Shown: positions 19,175 through 28,568 of the stretch, one piece after another
How the letters are laid out: the number at the start of each line of letters is the position of its first letter
Numbering within the stretch: the first letter of the stretch is position 1
Assembly: GCA_040222015.1 (NCBI GenBank)
Contig: JAVJWO010000033.1
Span: forward strand, 1-42,414
DNA from: Coleofasciculus chthonoplastes F2-STO-03
GTDB lineage: Bacteria > Cyanobacteriota > Cyanobacteriia > Cyanobacteriales > Coleofasciculaceae
DNA: 42,414 nucleotides
Reading direction: 5' to 3'
The notes under the pieces: model-generated
What the model saw: only the letters and a program-made list of their open reading frames with translations
Databases searched by the model: none
What the model was told of the DNA's origin: nothing
Position numbers and translations under genes: made by a program

Positions 19175-20767
19175 TTAGATGGTAATTGCTGTACCATCAA
19201 ACTTAGTCAGCGAGAAACAGCTATCTTCGTTATAGGTCAGCTTTTGCTCCTGCAAAATCCCGATCGCGATCGCTTCTCCTAATTTTACCGATTCGGTGTA
19301 GTCTGTCCGCCAGTGTACACCTGCCATGTTGCGACCGATGGAAATATTTGCCGCTAGCTTATTCAACTCACCACCTACGGTGAGAACCTCTGTACCCGGT
19401 CCACTATAGGGAATGTAAGACACCAACTGCGTCCCATCTTGATTCGGCACCATTGGCTTGGGTATCTGATAAGACTCATCAAACCACGCCTTTAACATCG
19501 TCACACAAGCCCCCGCCACTGTCGCATGTCCCGCACCGTAAGCCGGATGAGTCGGTGATCCTTCTGGAAACACTTGCGGTAGCAGATAATTACCATTCTT
19601 ATCAAACATCGCTTTAAGTGCCTGAGAATTGAGAATCTCTGGATGAATTGGATACTCCGCCCGTCCCGTCATAAGATTGTGAATCAGTCCACCAAAGGCT
19701 TCAGGGCGTAGCCGCCGATGCACAAACCATTTTTGATACCAAACCGCTTTTAAGGCTCGCGTCGCCACTTCTGTGACTAAACTGAGGATATGCGGTCCAC
19801 CAAACGTACCAAACCCATCCTGATTCTCTGACGTGATATAGAAATTCCCCCGATCAAACGGTGCCCCCATATCCAACAAAATCAAACAAGCATTCAAATA
19901 GGCTTGATAGAGGGCATCAAAATGCACATAATTGCCTAAATCTCGCATATTCCGGATATAGCGCGGCACTTTATCAAATTTATCCTGACCACTGAAATCA
20001 AAGCCATTTTGCACCGCCAACCACATTTTATAATCGGTCATAAAGTCGCTGTTGGGAACAACCGTCCGTTGGCGTTGGTTAATGGTCAGCGTGCCATATT
20101 GGATATCTTTGAGCAGGAATTGCGAGATAAAAGGACCCACCACATCTCCCAGCGTAGACCCTCGAAAAATGACATCCGGTGTCACCTTACCCTCTTCTTT
20201 CGGTCCCCGGAAATCCGAGCAGTTTGAGAGTTCTTCCGCAGCTTTTTCAATGTCGCAGTTATCGCGAAAGTCGGTAAAATTCACTTCTCGTAATAGCGCC
20301 ATCCAGTAAAGTTCGATGGCTTCACAAGCATTTTCTGCCCCATCGATACGGGGAGCAGGGCGAATCGTGACTGACTGAGCATCAGGTCCTTCTAAATCAA
20401 AGGCTAAGGCTGCTTGTGGATTGATCAATCGACGACAACCCAGGCGTTTCTTTTCCTCGGAACTGGATTCGGATAACTCAGATTTGCCGCGAGTACAGCC
20501 CCGTGGTATTGCCTCAAAATCGTCAGGATTGCCACTACACAAGGCTTTGAGGAATAGGCTGTAAGCCTTTTGGTCTACTTCACCTAAATCGTTATGGGGT
20601 AAACCTTTGGAATAGTTGGCAATGTAACTGAGTTCGTTATCAGCGTTCCGATACGCCGACTCCTCACCATTATTTAAATGGTCAGGATGGGAGCGTAAAA
20701 AGGCAATTTCAGCCGCTTCTTCACGAACTTGGCGAGATAAGCTGCGACGGGAAAAGATTTTTTTCAT
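19175..20767 (-). CDS. Vanadium-dependent haloperoxidase (bromoperoxidase type)
   Basis: QKWFVHRRLRPE, PEGSPTHPAYGAGHA and GRNMAGVHW vanadate-binding motifs; SKGLPH; ELYWMAL. Confidence 0.93.
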   Translation of the reverse strand: MKKIFSRRSLSRQVREEAAEIAFLRSHPDHLNNGEESAYRNADNELSYIANYSKGLPHNDLGEVDQKAYSLFLKALCSGNPDDFEAIPRGCTRGKSELSESSSEEKKRLGCRRLINPQAALAFDLEGPDAQSVTIRPAPRIDGAENACEAIELYWMALLREVNFTDFRDNCDIEKAAEELSNCSDFRGPKEEGKVTPDVIFRGSTLGDVVGPFISQFLLKDIQYGTLTINQRQRTVVPNSDFMTDYKMWLAVQNGFDFSGQDKFDKVPRYIRNMRDLGNYVHFDALYQAYLNACLILLDMGAPFDRGNFYITSENQDGFGTFGGPHILSLVTEVATRALKAVWYQKWFVHRRLRPEAFGGLIHNLMTGRAEYPIHPEILNSQALKAMFDKNGNYLLPQVFPEGSPTHPAYGAGHATVAGACVTMLKAWFDESYQIPKPMVPNQDGTQLVSYIPYSGPGTEVLTVGGELNKLAANISIGRNMAGVHWRTDYTESVKLGEAIAIGILQEQKLTYNEDSCFSLTKFDGTAITI

Positions 20768-21267
20768 ATTAATTTATGCTTGGAACAAGAAGCTTTATTC
20801 TTCAACAGCAATAGCAACCCATCCGGATACCTTCTAGGTTGGGTTCAACCTAAAATTTTCCAGCTAAACTTGATCCACCGCTGACCCACGGCAGACAAGG
20901 ATAAGGTTGTTCAGGTTAGACGATTAGACTAATGGTAGAGGCTTCAATGACTCGCTGTCTATATCTCACATCTTTCTTTACGAAAACGGGATGCCACCTG
21001 ATGCGATCGCTCACAAAAATATGTATAAGGATAAAGTATTAACTGTTTTAATGCCGTAATAGGGACGCACCTACGTAGTCGGACTGGCGGTAAACTGCTA
21101 AATCCAGGTGAACTCCCCCCGTTTTGGTAGAGATCTCCTGTTTCTAACCCGGTCAGTTCATGGGCAGCAATACCCGGTGCAGCTGAGGAAGAATTCAGGA
21201 ATCCGAGAAATGCCACAGCCCCCCATTCCTCCTATTCCCCGTTCCCTGTTTCCTCCCCTCACCACAA

Positions 21268-21370
21268 TAAGCTGTCATGCATTTAAATTGGGTATTAGTA
21301 GCGAGCAAGATGCTCGCACTACAAGGATTTCCCTATTATTGATATTAAGGTTTAAATGCCGAACAGCTTA
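21268..21370. repeat. MITE-like element enclosing a GTAG-type REP hairpin
   Basis: TAAGCTGT..CATTTAAA / TTTAAATG..ACAGCTTA ends; internal GTAGCGAGCAAGATGCTCGCACTAC. Confidence 0.75.
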
Positions 21371-21371
21371 C

Positions 21372-21824
21372 TTATTCAGTAACCCCTAAGCTAAAATCAC
21401 GCATCATCTTCTTAATCTCTATGTTGTGCATTTCCTCCTGGCCAATTTGACCCCGGGCAAATTCTTCGAGATAGATGGAAGCATCTTCCACGATATCCAG
21501 AAGGTCTTTATAGAGATCTAAGGCTTTTTTCTCATGATTAAGGCTTTCCTGTAAGATATCCTGCACAGAATGTTGGTAAGTTTCCTCAATGGGCGTAATC
21601 TTTTGGCTGGGATGACCTTCTAAGCCTGTGATAATTTCTCCCACCTGTTGAGCGTGGAGCAGAGACTCACTAGCCTGTGCCTTAAAAAAGTTGACAATGG
21701 GAATTCGGTTGGGACCAATGATCATCAAGGAGTAATGAGTGTAACGCACGACACCAGCCAACTCAAACTCCATAATGGTGTTGAGTACGTCAATGGTCTT
21801 TTTCAGGTCAAGTTCTTTCATCAT
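21372..21824 (-). CDS. Ferritin-like (bacterioferritin-related) protein
   Basis: ELAGVVRY, ESLLH, HEKKAL.LY and EEMH diiron-type ExxH motifs. Confidence 0.88.
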   Translation of the reverse strand: MMKELDLKKTIDVLNTIMEFELAGVVRYTHYSLMIIGPNRIPIVNFFKAQASESLLHAQQVGEIITGLEGHPSQKITPIEETYQHSVQDILQESLNHEKKALDLYKDLLDIVEDASIYLEEFARGQIGQEEMHNIEIKKMMRDFSLGVTE

Positions 21825-21963
21825 GTTGAGGTTGCGGTATGTAGATTCACTGAGATCTGTTTTAGTTTATCTTTAAAGGACTCTAACAAATCAGCCAATC
21901 TACAACAGTTGCTAGAGAACATTTCGCCACCTCGGTAAGGGGAGCTGGGGAAGCTGGGGGAGC

Positions 21964-22017
21964 AATGTAGAAACGTAGCATGCTACGTCTAATGTAGAGA
22001 CGTAGCATGCTACGTCT
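21964..22017. repeat. Tandem pair of 27-nt REP-like palindromes
   Basis: AATGTAGARACGTAGCATGCTACGTCT x2. Confidence 0.85.
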
Positions 22018-22058
22018 GGAAGTTGGGGGAGCAAGATGCTCCCATTACGGCGAACCGC

Positions 22059-22814
22059 TTATTTTTGGGCATTATTCAAGTTCGTCCCGTCTAAGTTAGC
22101 TCCCGCCATATCTGTTCGGGTGATAGTGGCGTTGTTGAGATTGGCATTGTTTAAATCGGTATTGCTCAGGTTCGCGCCTTCCAGGTTAGCGCTGTCGAGG
22201 TTGGCTCCTGCCAAATTCGCATTGGCTAAATCTGCCCCGTTGAGATTAACGCCATTTAGATTAGCATTTTCTAAGTTAGAATGACTTAGATTTGCCCCTT
22301 CGAGATTGGCTCCTGCCAAATTCGCATTGGCTAAATCGGCATTGGTACAATCGGCACCTTTGAGATTTTTGCCACTCAAATCAGCGCCGTTGAGGGTTAA
22401 GCCCGCACATTTGAAGTTACTGGGTGCGACATTGGCATCACTGACTGTAGTGGGTGTAGATATCGCCGATTCTGTCTGGGCTGGCTGACTGACGGCGGCG
22501 TTGGTTACACTATTTCTCTGTAACAACCATCCGGCTACGCCAAGGGCGATGAGCACCGGAAGTGCGATCGCGACCCCCATAACTAAAGGTTTACCACGTT
22601 TAGCTTTTCGGAGTTGAGCTTCTGCTTGGATGTTTTCTAGCTCAATCTGGTGAATTGCCTCTTCCATAAACTCTGATGGAATTTGGGCTTCGGTTCCAGC
22701 ATCAATTAGCTCTTGTACCGAATAGCTTTGGTTGTGCTGGGCATAGAGTTGAGCAGCTCGCGTCAAAACGTCTTCGGCTTGCTCTTCTGGAATTCGATGG
22801 TTTTGCAGTTTCAT
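22059..22814 (-). CDS. Membrane-anchored pentapeptide-repeat protein
   Basis: One TM helix and C-terminal A[ND]LxX repeats. Confidence 0.92.
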   Translation of the reverse strand: MKLQNHRIPEEQAEDVLTRAAQLYAQHNQSYSVQELIDAGTEAQIPSEFMEEAIHQIELENIQAEAQLRKAKRGKPLVMGVAIALPVLIALGVAGWLLQRNSVTNAAVSQPAQTESAISTPTTVSDANVAPSNFKCAGLTLNGADLSGKNLKGADCTNADLANANLAGANLEGANLSHSNLENANLNGVNLNGADLANANLAGANLDSANLEGANLSNTDLNNANLNNATITRTDMAGANLDGTNLNNAQK

Positions 22815-23309
22815 AGGAGAGTTAGCGTGAGTACAATGAGCAATTTCCAGATAAAATGGCTGGTTCCGAGAAACGGAGAATAAATCGTCGTTAACGGTTT
22901 CAGCGTCTGGCGCAATTCAACGGCGATAAAATTTATAAGCAGACAAACTTAAACTAGGTTGAATGCTTATTTAGATTTAGGCGGGAGTGGTTACTCTTAC
23001 TATTGAGAATAGCTTACTCTTAAGAAAATTGAAGGGATTGAGGCGTATTTTTGAGGAAAAATGGTAAAATTTTACTGTTCGCTTAAAAAGGAATCGGTTA
23101 GTTAAAGCGTTGATAAAGAAAACAGTGACTAGAGATTAGTCAAATTTAGCGGTTGGGATTAGGGCGGGTTTTGTTGCTTTTTAATCCCTCAACCCGCCTC
23201 TTTGTCGTCTTTGGCATGCGATCGCGTATCGGTTACACAGCTGCATCATTAATCGACTTAACCAGGTGATGATTTGTAAATTAGTTAGATTAACCTTGGG
23301 GAAAAAGCC

Positions 23310-23792
23310 ATGAATATCCGTATTGGGAACGGTTACGATATCCATAAACTGGGAAACGGACGCCCTTTGATTCTGGGGGGTGTAAACATTCCCCACGAAT
23401 TGGGATTGCTAGGACATAGTGATGCAGATGTCCTCACCCATGCGATTATGGATGCCATGCTAGGCGCATTGAGTCTCGGCGATATAGGTCATTATTTTCC
23501 CCCCACCGACCCAAAATGGGCAGGAGCGGATAGTCTAGAGTTATTGAGTCAGGTGAATGAGTTAGTGCGATCGCACAGTTGGCAGATCAGCAATATTGAT
23601 TCCGTCATCGTCGCCGAACGTCCTAAGCTGAAGCCTCATATCAAAACCATGCGCGATCGGATCAGCACGACTCTCGACTTACAACCGGATCAAATTGGGA
23701 TTAAAGCCACCACGAATGAAAAATTAGGACCTGTGGGGCGGGAAGAAGGTATAGCGGCTTATGCTGTAGCGTTATTAGTTAAAGAGCATTAG
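23310..23792 (+). CDS. ispF: 2-C-methyl-D-erythritol 2,4-cyclodiphosphate synthase
   Basis: [29 protein letters not shown]. Confidence 0.98.
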   Translation: MNIRIGNGYDIHKLGNGRPLILGGVNIPHELGLLGHSDADVLTHAIMDAMLGALSLGDIGHYFPPTDPKWAGADSLELLSQVNELVRSHSWQISNIDSVIVAERPKLKPHIKTMRDRISTTLDLQPDQIGIKATTNEKLGPVGREEGIAAYAVALLVKEH

Positions 23793-23829
23793 TTCTTGGT
23801 CGGAAATTAATAAACTCAATTTTCACCAA

Positions 23830-25953
23830 TCACTGCTTGTGCGGCGGTTGTCGTATAGGAATCTCAACCACAAACTCAGCCCCTTGTTCAGGGGTCGAAT
23901 TACACCACAGCTTACCGCCATGTTTTTCAACAACAATTTGGTAACTAACCGCCAACCCTAAACCTGTCCCTAATCCTACAGGTTTTGTCGTGAAAAAGGG
24001 GTCAAATAGCCGTTTTTTGGTCTGCGGACTCATCCCGATTCCATTATCCGCAATGCGGATACAAATATAAGGATTGTCCGGTTCAGAATTATCCATTTCT
24101 CCCCTGGATTGTTCCTCGGTTAAACCATCCGTTATTGAGGGGTGTGCGGAGTCCGTTTGACTAAGACCTGTACGAATCGTAATCGTTGGTGAAAATAATA
24201 CAGTATCCTGGGAAAACTCCGCCTCAGTTTGAGACGAATCGCAATTTTCCTTGTCCTCGATCGAGTCAATCGCATTCGTCAAAATATTCATGAAAACTTG
24301 ATTTAACTGTCCGGGCCAACAATCGACTGGCGGTAAATTTTCATACTCTTTAATTATACAAATTCCTGCTGCTCCCGGATTCCCCTTGAGCCGATATTGC
24401 AAAATCATCAAAGCACTTTCAATACCCGAATGAATGTCTATTGTCTTGCGCCCCGACTCATCTAAACGAGAAAACGTCCGCAACGATTGCACAATTTCCC
24501 GAATCCGTTCAGCGCCAACTTTCATCGAATATTGAAGTTTGGCAAAGTCGGTTAAAATAAAGTCCAAATCGATGCTATCTATCCGCTCTTTAATAACGGC
24601 TGGAGGATTAGGATAAGCGGTGCGGTAAAGTTGCACCAGCGCTATGAGGTCTTGGTAATATTCTTGGGCATAAATGAGATTGCCATAAATAAAATTGACC
24701 GGATTATTGATTTCGTGAGCAATACCTGCCACGAGTTGACCCAAACTGGACATTTTTTCGCTTTGGATCAACTGGGATTGGGTGCGCTGCAAGTCGTGGA
24801 GTGTTTTTGATAATTGGGCGGCTTGTTTGCGGGCGTGTTCTGTGGCTCGACAGCTAGCGGCGTAAAGTTCAGCTTGTTGGAGCGCCATGAGCAGTTGACT
24901 AATCACCGCTTGCAGGAGTTCAACTTCGCTATCTGTCCAAGGGCGAGTCTCCTGAGTGTGGCTGCAACTAATAATCCCGGTGATTCCGGACGGGGTTTCC
25001 AGGGGGATAAGCAAGAGAGACTGATAGTCGAGCGATCGCATAAATTCCTGCAATAATGGATCGCTCACCGTTTCAACGGTATCAATCCGCACAATGTCCA
25101 GATGTAATATCTGCTGCGTGAGAACGGTATTGGTATCCGCCCAATAGCAGTCTGTCAAATCGGGAAGCTGAGACTCTCGATCTTCTGTGACAACTTTCCA
25201 ATAAGCCGGCGTCTGCTCAGTATGATATCGGATAAACTGACAGCGATCGATTCGCAATAGCTGGCGGATTTCCAGTACCGTTGTTTCCAGAATCGTATCT
25301 ATGTCTAAACTATTGCGGATTTGTGTTGAGAGGCGATTAAGCAAGGATTCGCGGCGAGCTTTTTCGCGCCAGGGTTCTTCTGGCTGCAACGCCGATTCAG
25401 CCGTTTGACGGGCGCTCACATCTTGAACGACGAGCAAAAAGTATTTGGGATCTCCTTGAGGCGTTCGCACTAAGGATAGGGTAATTTGCACCCAGACAAT
25501 GCTGCCATCTCGGTGTCGGTAGCGCTTTTGTTGGCAGTGACAGTCTAGAGTCCCCGCTAAGAGTAACTCCATTATCGCGCGATCGCTTGCCCAGTCATCA
25601 GGGTGAGTTAGGTCTTGCCAGGTGCAGGTGAGAACTTGATCACGGGTATAACCCACGATCTCACAAAATTTGGGGTTGACCTGAATGACTTTGCCATCCG
25701 TCGATAGGTGTTTGATGCCAACTGTCGCTTGCTCAAAGCTAGCGCGGAAGCGGTCTTCACGTTCATTTAGCTGTGCCTCAACAGGTTTGGATGGAGTGTC
25801 CACAACAGAGGTTCTAGCTGGATTTGGTCGGGTGAGGTTGGAATGAAACAAGGGTTTTGAGTTAACGCTAAACTCAGTTAACGTGCCGTCAGGTTTTTGA
25901 ATGCCCATGATAACATTCAGGAGATGGAAACGTTTTCGATTGAACCTGTACAC
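23830..25953 (-). CDS. PAS/GAF sensor histidine kinase (start uncertain)
   Basis: PAS (LTHPDD), GAF, H-box GIAHEINNP, NAID, DNGIGM, FFTTK..GTGLGL. Confidence 0.93.
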   Translation of the reverse strand: MYRFNRKRFHLLNVIMGIQKPDGTLTEFSVNSKPLFHSNLTRPNPARTSVVDTPSKPVEAQLNEREDRFRASFEQATVGIKHLSTDGKVIQVNPKFCEIVGYTRDQVLTCTWQDLTHPDDWASDRAIMELLLAGTLDCHCQQKRYRHRDGSIVWVQITLSLVRTPQGDPKYFLLVVQDVSARQTAESALQPEEPWREKARRESLLNRLSTQIRNSLDIDTILETTVLEIRQLLRIDRCQFIRYHTEQTPAYWKVVTEDRESQLPDLTDCYWADTNTVLTQQILHLDIVRIDTVETVSDPLLQEFMRSLDYQSLLLIPLETPSGITGIISCSHTQETRPWTDSEVELLQAVISQLLMALQQAELYAASCRATEHARKQAAQLSKTLHDLQRTQSQLIQSEKMSSLGQLVAGIAHEINNPVNFIYGNLIYAQEYYQDLIALVQLYRTAYPNPPAVIKERIDSIDLDFILTDFAKLQYSMKVGAERIREIVQSLRTFSRLDESGRKTIDIHSGIESALMILQYRLKGNPGAAGICIIKEYENLPPVDCWPGQLNQVFMNILTNAIDSIEDKENCDSSQTEAEFSQDTVLFSPTITIRTGLSQTDSAHPSITDGLTEEQSRGEMDNSEPDNPYICIRIADNGIGMSPQTKKRLFDPFFTTKPVGLGTGLGLAVSYQIVVEKHGGKLWCNSTPEQGAEFVVEIPIRQPPHKQ

Positions 25954-26135
25954 GAGCAGGGGAGCATAGGGGCAGGGGGAGGATGTGAACGTTTGTACTC
26001 TAATAAAACTTTCTTTATATTTGTTTAGATTATTTAGTCCAGTAATTATCCTCCATCATAATATCCGGTACGATATTACACTTTTTCATAGCCGCCATTA
26101 ACCAAGCTCCTAGTTTTCCAGATAAACATCAACCC

Positions 26136-27179
26136 ATGATCCAAACTCATATCAACTGGTCTAACCTGCTGCAACAGATCCTCGACAGACAATCATTATC
26201 CCGTGACCAAGCCTCACAACTGATGCAGGGATGGCTAAATGAGGACATTCCGCCAGTTTTATCGGGAGCGATTCTGGCTGCGATTCAGGCAAAAGGCGTC
26301 TCTCCATCGGAATTGGCAGGAATGGCTCAAGTCTTGCAGGAGCAATCCTTACAGCAGGACACCATTGATCATCAAACACCAGTTATTGATACCTGTGGCA
26401 CAGGCGGCGATGGTGCATCCACCTTTAATATATCGACGGCTGTAGCTTTTGTCGCGGCGGCGGCGGGTGTACGGGTTGCCAAACATGGTAATCGTTCCGC
26501 CTCCTCGAAAGTGGGTTCTGCCGATGTTTTGGAGGCGTTGGGCGTCAATTTATCTGCCTCACCAGAAAAAGTCCAGTCCGCATTGGATGAGGTGGGCGTG
26601 ACGTTTCTATTTGCCCGGGGATGGCATCCGGCGATGAAAGCCGTAGCCCCATTGCGACAAACCCTGAAGGTGCGGACGGTATTTAATTTATTAGGACCGC
26701 TAGTCAATCCCTTGCGCCCCACAGGTCAAGTGATTGGCGTATTTGATGCTAACGTGGTGTCAACAGTTGCCCATGCGTTAAAACAAATGGGAATTCAGCA
26801 AGGAATTGTCCTCCATGGACGAGAAAACCTGGATGAAGCGGGATTGGCTGACGAAACCGACTTGGCACTTTTATCCGATGGTGGGGTGCGACTGTCTACG
26901 CTGAATCCGCAACAGTTTGGCTTAACGTCAGCACCAACAGGGGCGTTGCGTGGCGGCGATGTGGCGGACAATGTGGACATTCTCACCCATGTTTTACAGG
27001 GGAAAGGAACCGCCGCCCAGCAGGATGTGGTGGCATTAAATACTTCGTTAGCGCTGCAAGTGGCTGGGGTTGTGGCGTTGGAGGATCACCAAGCTGGGAT
27101 TGAACAGGCAAAGGATATTCTCAAAAGTGGGGCGGCTTGGTCGAAATTGGAACAACTGATACAGTTCTTGCAGAATTAG
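26136..27179 (+). CDS. trpD: Anthranilate phosphoribosyltransferase
   Basis: [30 protein letters not shown]. Confidence 0.98.
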   Translation: MIQTHINWSNLLQQILDRQSLSRDQASQLMQGWLNEDIPPVLSGAILAAIQAKGVSPSELAGMAQVLQEQSLQQDTIDHQTPVIDTCGTGGDGASTFNISTAVAFVAAAAGVRVAKHGNRSASSKVGSADVLEALGVNLSASPEKVQSALDEVGVTFLFARGWHPAMKAVAPLRQTLKVRTVFNLLGPLVNPLRPTGQVIGVFDANVVSTVAHALKQMGIQQGIVLHGRENLDEAGLADETDLALLSDGGVRLSTLNPQQFGLTSAPTGALRGGDVADNVDILTHVLQGKGTAAQQDVVALNTSLALQVAGVVALEDHQAGIEQAKDILKSGAAWSKLEQLIQFLQN

Positions 27180-27183
27180 ATCC

Positions 27184-27246
27184 TGTAGGGGCGACCCGCT
27201 TTCATTAATTAACAACGGCGTGTACTCAATTTGCTCGGGTCGCCCT
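27184..27246. repeat. GTAG-type REP-like element
   Basis: GTAGGGGCGACCCG..CGGGTCGCCC; an inverted related copy lies at 27790-27843. Confidence 0.75.
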
Positions 27247-27262
27247 TTACTCAATTTTTCCG

Positions 27263-27703
27263 ATGAGCCATATCACGTTCAAGTCTGTTAACTATAAAGA
27301 CTATTCAGCCGCTATTCAAGGGGTAAGACGCTCGGTTTTTCACATTGAACAGGGCGTTGATCCAGCCTTGGATTTGGATGGTAAAGATGAAACCGCTGAT
27401 CATATTCTGGCGTATATGGAGAATCAGCCGGTGGGAACTGTCAGAGTGAGATATCTAGATCATCAAACCGCTAAAATTGAACGTCTTGCTGTTTTATCAG
27501 ATTTCCGAGGACAAGGAATCGGTAAGACATTGATGGAAGAAGCCCTCAATATTGCTGCAAACAAGCAAAACAATACAGTTGTTATTCACGCTCAAGATTA
27601 TGTGAAATCGCTTTATCTAAAACTTGGCTTTTTACCCGAAGGAGGAAAGTTTTATGAAGCGGGTATTTCCCATGTTAAGATGATAAAATCACTTAACTAT
27701 TAG
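27263..27703 (+). CDS. GNAT N-acetyltransferase (ElaA/YjcF-like)
   Basis: RRSVFHIEQGV, KIERLAVLSDFRGQGIG, HAQ, EAGISHVKM. Confidence 0.92.
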   Translation: MSHITFKSVNYKDYSAAIQGVRRSVFHIEQGVDPALDLDGKDETADHILAYMENQPVGTVRVRYLDHQTAKIERLAVLSDFRGQGIGKTLMEEALNIAANKQNNTVVIHAQDYVKSLYLKLGFLPEGGKFYEAGISHVKMIKSLNY

Positions 27704-27856
27704 ATTTAATATTTAATTCGATGGATTAGCCTTGCACCTCAAAAAAACGTAAAATCTATTTCACTTGTTTAAGTGTATCATGCCGATATAGGGCGACCCG
27801 AGCAAATTGAGTGGATTCCAATCGTTCATGAAAAACAAGCGGGCATTGGTGTCAAC

Positions 27857-28231
27857 TTAAGCTGAACCCCTCACCCCCAGCCCCTCTCCCACGCCGGGGA
27901 GAGGGGCTGGGGGTGAGGGGGATATTAATCGAGGTAGATCATCTTGAATGGTTTCCCAAATTCTGGCTAGATCAATTTGAAAATATTCGTGAGTGACAAC
28001 ATTTAGCATCCCCGCCATCAGACGCCAAGGGATATCCGGATAGAGGTTCTGGATTTCATCAGGTATAGTTCTAGTTGCTTCTCCAATCACAACAAAATCA
28101 TAGAGAACTGCTTTAACAAGGGTTTCATTGTTTTGAAACTCCTCAAAGGTTATGTGGGCTGTACGTTGCTCAATTCCAGTTATGGATTGGAGAATATCTT
28201 GAAGGCGTAGCCGCCAATCTCTAGAAGGCAC
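27857..28231 (-). CDS. HepT-like DUF86/HEPN ribonuclease toxin, probably inactive
   Basis: VIGEA..IP..YPDIPWR.MAGMLNVVTHEYF. The Rx4H motif has Leu in place of Arg, and the C-terminus is repeat-derived. Confidence 0.85.
   Translation of the reverse strand: MPSRDWRLRLQDILQSITGIEQRTAHITFEEFQNNETLVKAVLYDFVVIGEATRTIPDEIQNLYPDIPWRLMAGMLNVVTHEYFQIDLARIWETIQDDLPRLISPSPPAPLPGVGEGLGVRGSA
27867..27920. repeat. Perfect 24-bp-stem G/C-rich palindrome inside the 3' end of the HEPN gene
   Basis: CCCCTCACCCCCAGCCCCTCTCCC-acgccg-GGGAGAGGGGCTGGGGGTGAGGGG. Confidence 0.9.
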
Positions 28232-28511
28232 GAATTGAATCCTTAAGTACAGGTTCTCGCAAATGTTCCTTCAACGCTTCCTGAGTTCCCAAATCCACAG
28301 TACACCCTAAAATATCTTCTAAATAATACTGCACTTGTAATAGTTGAAACAACCCCCCTGGTCTATTAAACTCTACCAAAAAGTCTACATCACTATTTGA
28401 ATCAGCCTCATCTCGTGCGACTGAACCAAACAAATCTAGTGATTTTACGCCCATGTCCTGTAATTGTTCTCGATGTGCGGCGAGAATGGCTAGTACCTTA
28501 TCTCGTTTCAT
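28221..28511 (-). CDS. MNT minimal nucleotidyltransferase antitoxin
   Basis: FGSVARDEADSNSDVD (GSx10DxD); overlaps the HEPN gene. Confidence 0.92.
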   Translation of the reverse strand: MKRDKVLAILAAHREQLQDMGVKSLDLFGSVARDEADSNSDVDFLVEFNRPGGLFQLLQVQYYLEDILGCTVDLGTQEALKEHLREPVLKDSIRAF

Positions 28512-28568
28512 GATTTGTTTCCTGAAATCAAATCAGTCGTGTTACTGTCTTGTGTGCTATCAATCTTT

